From Octopus sinensis (Eukaryota): a stretch of 64,000 nucleotides of DNA. The translations under genes and the position numbers were made by a program. A model generated the notes under the pieces. The model was not told the origin of the DNA. It made no database searches and was given only the letters and a program-made list of their open reading frames with translations. Shown here piece after piece: positions 25,480 to 38,819 of this stretch. The first letter of the stretch is position 1; the number at the start of each line of letters is the position of its first letter. The stretch covers positions 76,756,001-76,820,000 of the forward strand of contig NC_043004.1 of NCBI RefSeq assembly GCF_006345805.1, in the 5' to 3' direction.

Positions 25480-26040
25480 AAGCAAAAGGAAGTAATTTTA
25501 GTTGTTAGCCTTAGGAGTTTGACTTTTCCAATGGGTGAATAAAGTGAATCAGTGTAGGCAAAAGACATTCTGCTCAAACAGTATGAACTCACGACCCACT
25601 AGTAGACAGCTCAATACTTTATATACATGGCTAAATTACTTCCCCATTCCACTTTCTCCCTCAGGAGAGGAAAAAAAAAAAGATCAAGTGCGTTTGGAAA
25701 TGTCTTTCTGTCAGTGATTTCAAACAGGGGATGAAATTGGTTGATGTAGAAAGTTGGAGAATCTAAAAGATTTAGAATCTACACCAATAGCACCAACGTG
25801 AGATGAGTGCGAGAGTTAAAAAGAGATAAGAACACTGAAGTGGGGGATGATAATAAGTTTGGAGAGGGATAATGTGAGACAGATGTCTTCAATTCAAGAA
25901 GAAATAAGGTCAAAGGATTGTTAGTGATTCAAGGTTTTTGGAGACTAGTAGTGGAAGCAAGTGTCTTTGGAGGACAAGAGATGGGGTAAAGTCAAACAGT
26001 ATTTTTTGAAGTTAACTGAAACTCCTCTGGCCTACCTGTG
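25480..26040 (-). mobile_element. Possible CR1/L2-like endonuclease remnant
   Basis: Minus frame ...IEDICLTLSLSKLIIIPHFSV... loosely resembles the APE IIILGDFNV motif; very degenerate. Confidence 0.3.
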
Positions 26041-26255
26041 AGCTTCCTCTGTGTGTGTGTGTGAGCGTAGAAAATTTATCGGATTGAATCTATATTGTGC
26101 ATATAGCTAAAACTAAATTTAACCTTATTGTTTTAAATGTTAGTAATGGTATTAGGTAAAAATCTTATAAATGTCTTTAATAATTTCATACAAATTTTTA
26201 GTTTTGACTAAATGAACAAAAATGTTCATTGAATTTGCAAAGTTTTGAAATAATT

Positions 26256-26749
26256 CTATAAATTCAGTTGCAATCTGGTCATTTTCTTGAATTTTACTCT
26301 TCTAATAAAGTTGAAAATCTCCAATTTGAGCAGGTCCAACAGCTTGTTTTGGGATGGACACTTCTTGGTCTTAAAACCTAACTTTTTATGCAAAGACATA
26401 TCCAGATCATCTTTATCAAAACAGAAAACCTTCCTGTACATTTACTTTATAAATTCTTCAGTGCTATGTATTAGTCTTCTCATGTATGTTTTCTTGGTGG
26501 TATGACTATATTCCGTTTTTGGATTTGGTTTGCAAGATTCTTTATATGAGTTCGTGAGTTGAAGCATATTCTGTTGTGTCTGGGGAGAGTCATTTTCTTT
26601 TTGTGCCTTATAATTTAACACACTCACCGGTAAAATTTCCACTTATTTCCTATTTTTATTTTCCTAAAATTTTCATTGCATCTTGCAACATTTTGTGCCT
26701 TTAAAGGGCACAAAAAGAAAATGACTCTCCCCAGACACAACAGAATATG
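26256..26749 (-). mobile_element. Penelope-like element (Naiad-like) 5' end: inverted arm, pseudo-LTR and ORF N-terminus
   Basis: The two adjacent minus ORFs form one frame: ...EYSHTTKKTYMRRLIHSTEEFIK*MYRKVFCF...KKLGFKTKKCPSQNKLLDLLKLEIFNFIRRVKFKK..RLQLNL, matching the PLE N-terminal pattern Y.KRLIEK.E.FIKRMRWK...YGFKS.KCPP. Perfect 43-bp inverted repeat at 26565-26607 / 26707-26749. Confidence 0.75.
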
Positions 26750-27296
26750 ACTATATTCTTTTGTTGAGAAATCCAACAAATGTTGATTCATAATTTTGTT
26801 GGTACATTGTGTATTTAAAAAGGACCCAGCAATTCAGGAGCAATATCAGAATGGAATATACAACAGTGTAAACCAATGCAGAGAAAGAACAACTGAATAC
26901 AATGAAATAGAGTAATATAATCAAATTTATTTTAAGCTGAAACTTCACAAACTGTGACTGCGTTTATTGATTTTCAAGCAAAAGCAGTAAAAGAAATGAG
27001 TCAAACAAGTATATATTTATATATAGAAATAGGGGAAAAAACATTAAATATGTACAGTAAGGGTAGAAATCCTTTTGCATTGGTGGGAGCATGTCTCAGT
27101 GTTACACAAGATTGGCCAACTTTCATTTGTTAGGCCTTTTGATATATTCCTATGAAATATTCCAATTTATGACTTCAAAAACATTCAACTTGAGATGCAT
27201 GTTAACAAAAGAACATTTTGTTTTGTTTGGGACATGTAAACAGTATGGTATGAAGCTTTCCAATGTTGAACTATAAAGTGTTTTAAAATATTTCAG

Positions 27297-27438
27297 CAAA
27301 TATTTTGACAAAACAATATTAGAACGTGTTTATGATGAAGGTGACAATGGCTGTGAAGATTGTATTTCAGAGAAAATGAATATATTGTTTCATAGGAATT
27401 GTATCATAAATACCAGTTCAGAAGCTAATATACCTCAT
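27297..27438 (+). CDS. Candidate 142-nt exon KYFDKTILERVYDEGDNGCEDCISEKMNILFHRNCIINTSSEANIPH, product unknown
   Basis: TATTTCAG acceptor, CAT|GTAAGT donor, open for 47 codons. It continues ORF 27091-27276 in frame after one stop, so it could instead be a decayed element. Confidence 0.25.
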
Positions 27439-27714
27439 GTAAGTAGAGGGTGAAAGAGAGGGGTAGGGAGGGAAAGAGAGAGGGAGAAAGAGAGGGAGAG
27501 AGATGGAGAGATGGAAAGAGAGTGAGAGAGAGAGAAAGCAAGAGAGTGTGTGTTTGTGTGTGTGAGAGAGGGAGAGAGTGAGTGAGAGAGAGTGAGAGAG
27601 AGCGAGAAAGAGATTTGTGTACGATATTGAAATGGTGGGGAATATGTTAGGAAATGAAGGGAAGAAGTGATGACAGATTTTAATTGAGAGAAAAGAAAGG
27701 GAACTATATGTGTA

Positions 27715-27753
<39 letters not shown>

Positions 27754-29099
27754 GTGAGAAAGCATGATAAGAAGAGGTGAAGTAGCAAACTATAGGAGTG
27801 GATGAGTGAGAATAATGGAGAGTGGGAGAGTAATGGAATGAGAGACAAGAGAAAAACAAAAGAAAGTGCAGAGATGGTTTTTTCAAATATACAACAGGTT
27901 CGTGTAAGTTAGAAAGACAAAGAAATTTTCAGTCACAGAAAAACTGCTCCACTTCCAACTGTTGAAATAAGGGCAAAGAGGGTCATAAGAAAAATTCAAT
28001 GTTTGGTGTGAATTAAGACGAATTTGCAAAATGAACAAGAAACAATATAATACAATATATATAAACATTACATGTGTGTGTGTGTGTGTGTATTATATAG
28101 TGGTTAGGATACTGGATTTTATGTGTATATATATGAATATGTATATACATACACCCCCCCACACATGAATTATATATATGTAAATATACACACATATACA
28201 TAAGTGCAGTGTGTTTGATGATTGTACAAATGTGTCGAAGCTAATAGGTCTGACATTTTCAATTTTCCAAGATGCAAATCCTAATCTGTCTCAATTCAAC
28301 CATTATTTCTTTGGAGTGGATAAAGTGTACAACATTAAAAACAGTGTGTTAAGTTACCAAATCCTGGAAAAGATACATCATCATCATTATCATCATTGTT
28401 TTAACATTCACTTTTCCATGCTTGCATCAGTGGTGCAGAATTTGGTGAGACAGATTTTTTTATGGCCATACATAAATGTGTGAAAAGAGATCCACAACAA
28501 ATAGTATAGTAAAACCATTTATATCCCCCCCCCCACACACACACATAATTTTCTTGTATGTTTCTTTGTATGCCATAATAGATAGAATACTGCAAAGGAA
28601 ATAGGAATTTGTTAGAATTCATCAAGTTGGATGATGCTAACTTGAGCATTATGTAATAAAATGTGTGTGAAAAAACGAACTCAAAGAACTCTGGACTAAA
28701 TACCTCATGGTATTTATTTTAATTAGTATCCGCTTTGAGCTTAAATTTCACAATTGGTGAGCCAGTCTACCTTATATTTTGGATCAACAAAATAAATGGT
28801 GCTAATATTACAGACCCCTTTGAACCAACTCTGTAACTATTCAAAGTTGTAAATCTATCCCAAAGATAAAAATCAATATATAATAAATTTTATTTATTGT
28901 TAATGAATGACAATAATATAAAAATTCAAGTAATATGTCTTCTAACCACTCTTATATAATATGGGGTAGCTAAGTATCACCTCTATAGTAAGACACATGT
29001 ACTGTCCCTCTGTCATACTTTAGCCTCCCAAGACTCAGCATAAAGCCATCTCCCCATCTCAAATACTCCCACCACTTAATTGAGGGGACTTCCCTCATG

Positions 29100-29340
29100 C
29101 TTTTCTGGTTTTGCAAGTTACTTGGCAACCTTACTAGTGCTGATGGCATGAGAAAATCACCCAATACACAGTGTAAGGTGCTTGGCATTAGGAAGGGTGT
29201 GCAGCTACAGAAACTATACCAAAGCTTATACACTGAAGCTTGATGCTGCTCTGCATCTCACTGGATCCTGTAAAACCGTCCAAACCATAACAGGATGGAA
29301 AACAGACATTAAATGATGGTGATGAGGAATGATGATAATA
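29100..29340 (+). mobile_element. RTE 3'-UTR/tail copy
   Basis: GCAAGTTACTTGGCAACC...GGCATTAGGAAGGG...GGAAAACAGACATTAAATGATGGTGATG. Confidence 0.7.
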
Positions 29341-29871
29341 ATGATAATGATATAGATAAAGTATTTTTTAATTACTACATTTTAGAAGTTAATCAGCAAA
29401 TAAGGTATCTTATCTAATGTTTTTTAATTGGTTAGGCTTGTTATTATCGGATAACTGGGAAAGTTAGTATTTTTCTCCAGAAATAGTGTTCAGTCAAGTA
29501 ACTCCCATCTCACCTTGCATCATTTTTATGTATAATAAAAATGTTAAACTAGGATTAATTAAAGAACGTTCAACCATATTATATTTATTTTCAGTAGGGG
29601 TTGAACATACAGTGTACACAACAAAGAAAAAAGAGATTAATTTCGCCATTGTCAATCTCATTGTAGTCTTTCTGCCTAAAGTAAAAGTCTATTTTGCTGT
29701 TAAGCATATAAATTATATATTTTTGCATAAATTTCAGCTTGTAAGTTTTATTCACAATGCCAAATAAACATTTCAACTAATCAAAGAAACTAAGTCCTAG
29801 TGGTCGGTTATTAGTAGCTGCTATTCACTTTGCTCATACAAAATGTTTATCCCATAGATTAAAAGTTATAC

Positions 29872-29891
29872 CTGGAAGGGGTGTACCATAT
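29872..29891 (-). CDS. Candidate 20-nt microexon (R)YGTPLP
   Basis: CATTTTACACTTTAG acceptor, CAG|GTATAA donor; phase 2 to 1, compatible with the candidates at 34452-34611 and 23063-23126. Very short, so chance is likely. Confidence 0.15.
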
Positions 29892-31378
29892 CTAAAGTGT
29901 AAAATGATGATTTTTGTTAATCAGATTAATGTAATCCCTCAGCAGTAAGTGATCTAATCTGCATCTGATTTAATTCACATGTGCAGATGTTGAAACTACA
30001 GTAGTTCGTTAGTTTCTTAAACTCATCCACTCTTAATTTCTTTGTCAAATTTCAATATAAAGTACATTAAGGTAATCATTCAGATACAAACATTATCATA
30101 TCCATTCTTTTTTAATCTGTACACAAGATCATTTCATACTAATTAATCATGAATTTACAGCTATGTAAGTTTTGAAAGTAAATATTGGGGCAATTTACTA
30201 TCAAGTAAAATAGTTATATGTAAAAAATTATAAGAGAAAGATTTTAATCTATTAATTTTGGCCAAATAGATTTTTTTAAATTACAAGCAACACTCTAATC
30301 TTGGAACATGTAAAAAATTAGATAAAAAAAAGTAAAGCAATGAATATTTTTTATTTACTCTTGAAAAAGTTAAAGCTTTAAAACCGATGTTTATATGAAA
30401 ATAAAGACTATTTGAAAATATTTTCATAAGGGGATACAGGTAGTAGTTTTATGAAATTTTATATTAGCAATTTGTTTCACTATAATGGAAATATATATTG
30501 AAAGGAAATATGAGTAGGCAACATTGTTTAAAATAATTTGAAAAAATAATTTTTAACACTCTTAATACATCTTAAATTCACACCTTTTTTGCTGAAGTAC
30601 AAAAATGATCATTCAACTTCTTTTATTTATATAGAATATTATGTAATAATTAATATAGCTTTTTGGGCTCTTTGATTGTAATTCTATAATTAACATTTCA
30701 CTGACAAATATTTTAGTTGCCATTGATGACATTACAGAGTTATTTCACCTTGAACAATTTCAGTCAATAAACATATGAAGATAAAGGAAATATTTATAGT
30801 TAAGAGAAACTAGATTTTAAAAATTCCAAGTTACTCTTGAATATCGAGTGAAAAATTTATTAATAAGGGATAGAAAGAACTTCTTTCTAAAGAAGAGAAA
30901 AACATCAAATCATTATGAATGACAGACCATTCCTATCTCAAAGAATTTCCTGTAGTGTCACAGTTCTAACTGGTGCGAAGAAGGGATACCATTTCAGACA
31001 ATGTCACATTAGTTACTTAAGATTTAGAACAGCTAACTCTGGACAAATTGACCTGAGAAATGTCCGGGTCCCAAGTGAAAATGTTTAATCAAATAATAAA
31101 TTTAGATCTGAGTGAGCATATCTTAACTCGTACAATAACAATATTCTGATAACCCACATATCCTGATTAATGTATGCTACAACTATCAGCATATATTTGC
31201 ATTTGTGTATATGAATATGTGAAGGTGTCTACTTGTATGCAAGTGTGTGTGTGTGCGTGTGTGTGTGTGTGTATGCATGTATGTACACACACACACATAA
31301 TCATCATCATTTAATGTCCATTTTCCATGCTGGCATAATCCGAACATTAAATACATACATACATACATACATATATAC

Positions 31379-31411
<33 letters not shown>

Positions 31412-31957
31412 CAGATAGACAGACAGACAGACAGACAGACAGGGACAGATAGAGAATTAAAGTTGGAAAGAGATAGTATAGAAATGAATGAGAGAGAAAA
31501 ATGGCTTGGAAGAGAGATTGTTGAAGAGAGAGGTCCCTAGAAGACAGGTTGGTTCTTATATATAAAAAATACACAATTCAAATACACTGGTAGATCCACT
31601 CCGTATAAGAATAAAATAATGTGTTTTAGAATGTTGAAATGCTGTTTTTTTTTATATATTTTATTTGTACAAATATGACTATATGACAGTAAATAGGGCA
31701 TACATAAATGTGTAGGTGGGGTATATGATAAGCATATTGAAGAAACTCTAAAGATAGAACTATAATTTCTTCAGTCCCAAAATCCAATTTCTTAATGAAT
31801 CCAACTAGACAATATACGCATCAATAATTTACATACAAATTTAAATAAAGCTAATAAAACATACGCAGAAAAAATAATATGGTGATTTTTCATTAGGCAA
31901 ATATACTTTCATTTTACTCATGCACACATACATATAATATACATATACATATACACC

Positions 31958-32285
31958 ATTATCTTCATCATCATCATTGATTAACGTCTGTTTTCCATGC
32001 TGGCAAGGGTTGGACAGTTTGACTGAAGTCTGGAGAGCCAGTGGCTGCACCAGGCTCCAATCTGCTCTAGCAATGTTTCTACAGCTGGATGCCCTTCCTA
32101 ATGCCAACCATTCTGAGAGTGTAGTGGGTGCTTTTAACGTACCACCAGCACAAGAGCCATTTAGGTGGGCCTGGCATCGATCACGTTTGGATAGTGCTTT
32201 TAACATGCCACTGGCACAGGGGCCAGTCAGGGGGTACTGGCATTGGCCACATTCAGATGGTGCTTCTTATGTGCCATTTTTACAT
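31958..32285 (-). mobile_element. RTE 3'-UTR/tail copy (source of ORFs 31841-32206 and 31977-32612)
   Basis: (CAT)n, TTAACGTCTGTTTTCCATGCTGGC...CAGCTGGATGCCCTTCCTAATGCCAACC, GGTGCTTTTAAC modules. Confidence 0.85.
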
Positions 32286-32699
32286 ACATATCTACATATA
32301 ATATATATAAATATATACACACATGTGCACCCACACATGAGCACATGCACACACACACACATACATACAGATAATATTCATATTTGTATATATCATCAAC
32401 ACTGTCCCTGTACAATCACGTCTTCTATACTCGATCAAGTTAGACAGTTCTGTACTACAGCATATCTTCTGTCTATGCTGATCCTGAACCATCTTCAGAT
32501 GTTCAGGCCTGACATTCAGAAGTCTGATCTAGCTTCTTCATCCAAACCCATCTTCAATCAAATTTTAACAGTTATTTTCGACTTCCTATTGTCAGGACTT
32601 TTGCTTCTCTAAACAAGCATCACATGTTTATATTGAACACCTATGCCAATATAATAAATAATTTATTTAGCTTTTTTCTGAATTTAATACTCGATCAGA

Positions 32700-33300
32700 C
32701 ACTTTCTCAACTTACATTCTCTTGTTTCTTACAGCTGTTCCTACATCTAAACCTAGCCATACCATACACAGCCTACAAAACCTCATGAGCATCATATACA
32801 GTTAACTTTCTCATTGTCCACTAAGCCAGCAAATCATTGGTCCTGATAAAAATCAAACTGTTCACTGTTTGAAATGTTCTCTCCTTTGTCACCCTATTAA
32901 GTTTAGCACATGTAGTTCCTTGGCTAAAATGAAACCTGAACTACAACCTATGAAACACAAGGTGTATCTATCCTGAGATTTATAATTTATCTAATTTCAT
33001 TCTTTGTAACATCCTTATAATTTAATCCACAGCTTGATATTTGACCCCTGTACTTTTCTCTGTTCATCACCTCCTCTTCATCTTTACAGTAATGCTATAA
33101 CACCAATCCTTACTGATTACACTGTCCTTGAAGATCATATAAGTTTACTAGTGTGACACCAATCCACTTTGATACATCTATAATCTATGACACCTATTTC
33201 TGAATAATCATTCTAATTTATACAAATTATAATTCTTAGGAAATACCCATCGAAGTAGATAAGTTCCTTATCTCCCTTTCTGAAATATCTTTCAGCCACC
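32700..33300 (-). mobile_element. RTE RT fragment, highly degenerate
   Basis: Minus strand contains REKYRG and WTMRKL followed by V..Y..AR, in RTE RT motif order. Confidence 0.45.
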
Positions 33301-33881
33301 ACACGTTTCTCATATGTATGTTTCTTCTCATTACTATTGCTGCTTCTTGCCTTTGGTCACAAAACATTAACCAGTATTTTTTCTCATTTTTATTTTCCTT
33401 TTTTAGTATGAGTGCACATTTAATATAACAAGGAGACTATGTTCATTGCTATTTGTAGGTCTTTAAACATATACATGCACACAATGACCTATAACCTCTA
33501 CTGAGTGACTGGAGCACCAGAAGACTCTCCATTTAGTCACCCTGAAAGAGTCTATTCCTCTTTAGGTCATATATAAATGGATACATATAATATAGCAAGA
33601 TCAAGGTGTTACATTTTTTTAAAGGTATCCTAAAGAAGATGGGAAGAGTGACAGTAATCCATAAAAGCGTTTTTCAGCTTGAAGATGAATCTACTTTAAA
33701 GACATTGAGTTAATGTTCAATCTGAAAGCTAATCATCTGACAAATACTCGGATGGTATTTTCCTCATTCCTTATCAACTTGCCCTTCAATACTCTATCTA
33801 CCAACTCTATAACAGTGAAAGAATAAATCACCCCCAGTAGGATTCTTACAAAATCATGTTTCTCTAATAATCTCTATTCTA

Positions 33882-33884
<3 letters not shown>

Positions 33885-33922
<38 letters not shown>
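33885..33922. repeat. (TATC)n microsatellite
   Basis: Directly visible. Confidence 0.95.
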
Positions 33923-33923
<1 letters not shown>

Positions 33924-34451
33924 CACTTATCTGTCTGTGTATACGGGTGCAAATATCAATATGTATGTGTGCATATCTATCTATCCAATTATACACATAT
34001 CTACATATCTATCTATCCAATTATACACACACACACATGTATCTGATCCATATTATGTATATGGGTGGGACTACATGTGTATAATATATACACATGTGTG
34101 ATTATATCTGAGCATCTATTTATGTTTAAATATACATGTACCACTCTTTGTTTATAATTGTGTGTGTGGCAAGCTTTCTCTCTCCTTACATATATATGTA
34201 CATGTATACATGCACATACATACGTGTGTGCAAGTAATAGGTTCACTATTATATATGTCTGTTTATTGAATAAATAAATGAATACATACATAACAACATA
34301 TATTTTCTGTTTCTTTATAGTCAATATTTCTAAATCAATATAGCAACTCAATACCAGCAGTCAATGTTGGAAGTAAATAACCTCTCTATAGCCTGACAAT
34401 GTTCTTAATTATTCGCTTCAGCATGGCCTGTCAATATATCTAGTTACTGAC

Positions 34452-34611
34452 CTTCTACATTCCAAATCAATTCCTCCAATAGTCTTAATGATTGCCCACA
34501 CACTATTTGGGGGTTTTCTTCCATACTGGTTGCTCTTATCATTTATTGTTAGCAACAAACTTTGCTGTATAATAATTCCAAAGGATACTCCCTTCATATA
34601 TGTTAATGCTT
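34452..34611 (-). CDS. Candidate 160-nt exon ALTYMKGVSFGIIIQQSLLLTINDKSNQYGRKPPNSVWAIIKTIGGIDLECRR, product unknown
   Basis: 52 open codons ending at AG|GTCAGT; the acceptor (TCAG at 34612-34615, or TACAG internally) is weak. No homology recognised. Confidence 0.25.
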
Positions 34612-35831
34612 CTGACTATATCTCAAGTTGTATAATACAAATAAATATCATTCTTTGTTTAAATATTACTAGTTAAGATTTTAAATTATCATTGTCCTGC
34701 TAGAAAACACATTAGTATTTTGATTTATTAAAATTTAAATTTACATATATTTACATTTGTATTAGAAAATAATGCTTGTCATCTAGACATTGGTGGTTAT
34801 ACATTTAGCCACCCACAACCAAAAACTAAATAAGATAATAACAATGTATTAAAAATAAAAGTCTTATTCTATGATGCAAGAAATAGAAAAATATAGCTTT
34901 CTCAAACAACACCATAATATTGGTATTATTTTTAGGATTCACCTTATTCTGTTTTATACCCACTACTATATTCATTTCAACTTAAACAGTCTGATGGTAA
35001 CTGATCCACTAATTGTAGGTTGCAGATAATTATTTATTATATTACAGTAATTAAATAGATCTTTTAAAAATAGTTTTCATCATGTAAGCTTTCCTAGATG
35101 TCATTTTCTCTGCTCTTGTTGACTTTTATATTATCAGTAAATAGGTTTCATAAGTCAAACCAGAAAATTTTAAACTCATCAAACATCATTAACACAAACC
35201 ATGTTATTATTGACACTATATATTCATACTTGATAATGTTACATATAATGAATACCTGGCCAGATAACATTAATAATTCGATCACACAAAAATAAATTAT
35301 GAAATGTTTATATCAAACAATATTTAAAATAGATGATTTATCAATTTTTTGTGAGAATACTCAGAAAATTACAAATGTAGACAAGTAATTAAAATGGAAA
35401 TATCTTATACATAAATATTTTTAAATATTTCTTTAAAAATATGTTTTAAAAAAAGTAACACCAAATGAAAGTAGAAAAAAAATAACTTAATATATAAAAT
35501 AAAAAGAAATACAAAATGTATTTTGACCCTAAGCTACATATTATTTGAAATTTAATTATTTCTGTAAACTACTGCGGAAATAATAATGTACTAAATCATA
35601 GTAATACGCTTTAATTTTTTAAAATTAACCATTATTATCATTTATATTAGAAAATAACAAGGTTCATTAAGTAAGGTTTGTTTTCTGAATACTATGTTAG
35701 GTAAAGGACAAAAGAGATATACCTTTTAATTTATTTATTAACATTTTTAACAATCAACATTGAGTAAAATCATTTTTTTTTTCTCTTCTATCATTTTGAT
35801 AAATTTTACAAAACCTAGGAAAAATACTTAC

Positions 35832-35868
35832 TGTGTCTGATTGACCCCATGTTAGTCTCCATGGTCAT
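35832..35868 (-). CDS. Candidate first coding exon MTMETNMGSIRH
   Basis: ATGACCATGG (Kozak-like second ATG) after an in-frame TGA, followed by a strong donor CA|GTAAGTA; phase 1. Confidence 0.22.
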
Positions 35869-37264
35869 AGAATTTCAATATTTTAAGAATCCAAGAAAGA
35901 AACAAAAACACACCAAGCTGGCTATTCTCCCTTGATAAATTCCAATAGGGAACTGAATGTGCTACTGGTGAGTATCAGAAATGTTGGGTTTTACCTTTTT
36001 TTTAATCAATCTGTTCTTCCCCCCAATAAAAAAAATAAAAATTGCATTTCATTGCCAGTTAAATGTGACATCAATAAATGTAGCTGCTTAAACAGTGAAA
36101 ATAGTAGCAGTTGTAATAATGATTGTGCATGGAACAGTAGTAGTACAAATCCGAAATTTTTACTACGTAAGCTCAATCCTTCAAAGAGGAAATAGAAGAG
36201 GAAAATATCTTCATCCTTTCTATTTGATATGTTCTGGTATTAACAAAGATTATCAATGGAAAGAAAGAGCTCGAGGCAAATATCTATATATGGTAAAACT
36301 GCGCCAGCTTCACCATGGAGCTGAAACCCCCTCAAATCAATACTGAAGAAAAGGCTACAGCAAGCCACCAATCGTTGCCACCACTTTCTATGACTATATT
36401 GATTACCCCATTTTGGGTGAATCCAATTAGAGAAGAAACACACAACCAAAAGCTAGAAGACAGCAGCCAGTAACTGACATAGAAGTAGAAACTGAAAGAA
36501 GAAGAGAGAGAATTAAGGAAGCTGCATCAGCAGCAGCAGCAACAGCAGCAGTTTGTAGCAGTAGTATCAGCAGTAACAAACACTGAATACTGCATTGTTG
36601 TGACAGATCATACAAGTATTGAGAGTAGAAAGTTAACATCCATGAACTGATAGTTACAATAGCAGTTTCCTTTTCAGATTTGACAATCGTTATTGAAAAG
36701 AAAAATACTACTACATAACATTATTGATAATAATTATTACACAATTGTAATTTTTATTTCTTTTAATGGAAGCTTCAGATTTTTGTATTAAATTTTACCA
36801 AGATTTATTATCATATTTTATTTTCATATTCCAGTCACACATGAATTACTATAACAAGTGATTTCAAGATTATATATATATGTATGTGTTTGTTTGTGTG
36901 TTTGTTCGTGTGCGTGTGTGTGTGTGTAGTCAAAATATCTTAATTGATAACAAAACAGGTCAAAGTGAAGGTGTACCAACTAGCTCGCTAATATATAAAA
37001 TCCAATATATCAATAATCAAACAAAGATAAATTGATTCTGCTATTTTTAGAGGCATCAGTAAAAATTTATTCAAAATGAATGTCAATAAAACAGATTTAA
37101 TATGATACAAAAATGTCAAAGCCCATAAATTCTTAAAATAACCTCTAAATTTTGAATGAAAGGAAATATGAAATTAAATTTGATTAAAGCAAGTATCTAT
37201 CAAGACACATAACATGCCTATAGAATCCATTTTATATAATGTGGTGGTTTTTCAGGATTTCAAT

Positions 37265-37324
37265 AGCCAATCAGAAAAGAAGCAACAGTAACACAGATAT
37301 GTAATTTCTCGTAACCATAGAGAT
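37265..37324. promoter_or_regulatory. CCAAT box plus RFX X-box-like motif
   Basis: AGCCAATCAG (37265-37274) fits the NF-Y consensus; GTAACCATAGAGAT (37311-37324) resembles an X-box. Motif match only. Confidence 0.25.
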
Positions 37325-37663
37325 CGTGATGTAAAATTGTGCAAATCATTTCATTGGTAAATACACAGTAATTATATAAAGTAATTTCTTCATTGGACTC
37401 CTACACAAATCTACTTTACATACACTTGTCTTGAGAAATATTAGAGTAGAATCTATTTTCTTCATTGTATTCACAAGATCAACAATAGACTTATTAACAT
37501 TTTGATGAAATCCACATTACTTTTCTATGTTGATTAATGAAAAAGGACATACAGAGACAATAAACCTATAAGTGAAAATTAATGTTATAAGCAAATAAAT
37601 ATAACTAATTTATATAAATTAAGGCACATACATTTTTTTCCATATTTAATTTCAAACAAAAAA

Positions 37664-37678
37664 ACCACCACCACCACC

Positions 37679-37720
<42 letters not shown>

Positions 37721-37736
37721 GCTACTGCTGCTGCCA
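37664..37736. repeat. Compound (ACC)n(ACT)n(GCT)n microsatellite
   Basis: Directly visible. Confidence 0.95.
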
Positions 37737-38283
37737 CTGTTGTATATGTTTAAAACTAATTTTTTAATATGCTAGCATTAAAATGTTTATGTAATAAAAG
37801 CAGTGAAATTTAATAGGAATGCCAGTATAATATTGTACTGTATTCATTCTAAAATATATATTTAATGAATTTGTTTTTTAATGTAACAAACTCATTAAAG
37901 TCTGAAGCAGATCTGAGCAGAAATCTATAGTCAAAATAGCTTTTAAAATGACTTCTCATAACTTCTCCTCAACTGGCTTAAATTTTTTTTAGTCTTATTT
38001 TATAGTATTTGAATGGACTCAGTTATGAGACTACAAAAGTTATAAGTACTATATTTCTTCTTTGTGTATTTCTAGTTTGAAATATGATACTTCAGCTTGA
38101 AGAATAGGAATTTAAAATGCCAAATACTTAAATCAGGTTAAATATATATGTTATTGTTAAACATTTTAATAAAAATGGTAATTAAATATAAAAGACAGGG
38201 AAACAATATCATGTATTATTATGAGGTATATAATAAGTTTTTCTAGAGTAAAATGAGTTACAACTCCCTTATACAGTTTATAT

Positions 38284-38608
38284 CAGGGGTTCTCAACTAT
38301 TTTTTTTATTTAAGGACTTCTTTGGTTACTATTTTATTCGGGTGGACCCTAATAGCTATTCAATGTAAACATTTTATAGAAACTTCTTTCAAAATTCCAA
38401 TTTTGTTTTTCACACATGAACTTTTGTAGCTTGAACTGTGTAAATGTTAGAGAAAGAAACCCAGCTGTTTCTTGCAATACATAGCAATGCATACATCTAA
38501 AGAAAAAATTTTTCAGGGGCCCTTAAAATAATATTGTGGATCCCCAATTTACTGTTTTGTTATGTGGACCCCAAAAAATCTTCTATGGACTCCAGTTCAG
38601 AACCACTA
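38284..38608. mobile_element. hAT (Charlie-like) MITE
   Basis: Termini CAGGGGTTCTCAAC...GTTCAGAACCACTA, flanked by an identical 8-bp TSD GTTTATAT (38276-38283, 38609-38616); internal GGACCC motifs. Confidence 0.85.
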
Positions 38609-38819
38609 GTTTATATAAAAATATTTCATAAGTTAAGACTCTTTTCTGTTCTCACATATATTATGTAAATAAAATATTTTAGGATATATGAAGTTGATAA
38701 TGAATTAGTTTCAAGGAATTGAACAACGTCTTTTAACTAGTATTGAAATTAACTCTATCGTAAATTTATTTCAAGAAAGTGCCAGCTATTACATATTTCA
38801 ATTTTTAAAAATTCGTTGT

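Noticed and set aside
26442-26444. In-frame stop in the Naiad-like ORF as a possible selenocysteine codon
   Set aside because: The codon is TAA, not TGA, at a position where the family pattern has Arg; it is a disabling mutation.
36095-36600. Near-open plus frame and a 52-aa ORF with Kozak-like CACCATGG (MELKPPQINTEE...)
   Set aside because: Stops interrupt the long frame and parts weakly resemble an RTE C-terminus (HGAET..., EEK...HQ); no splice or homology support.
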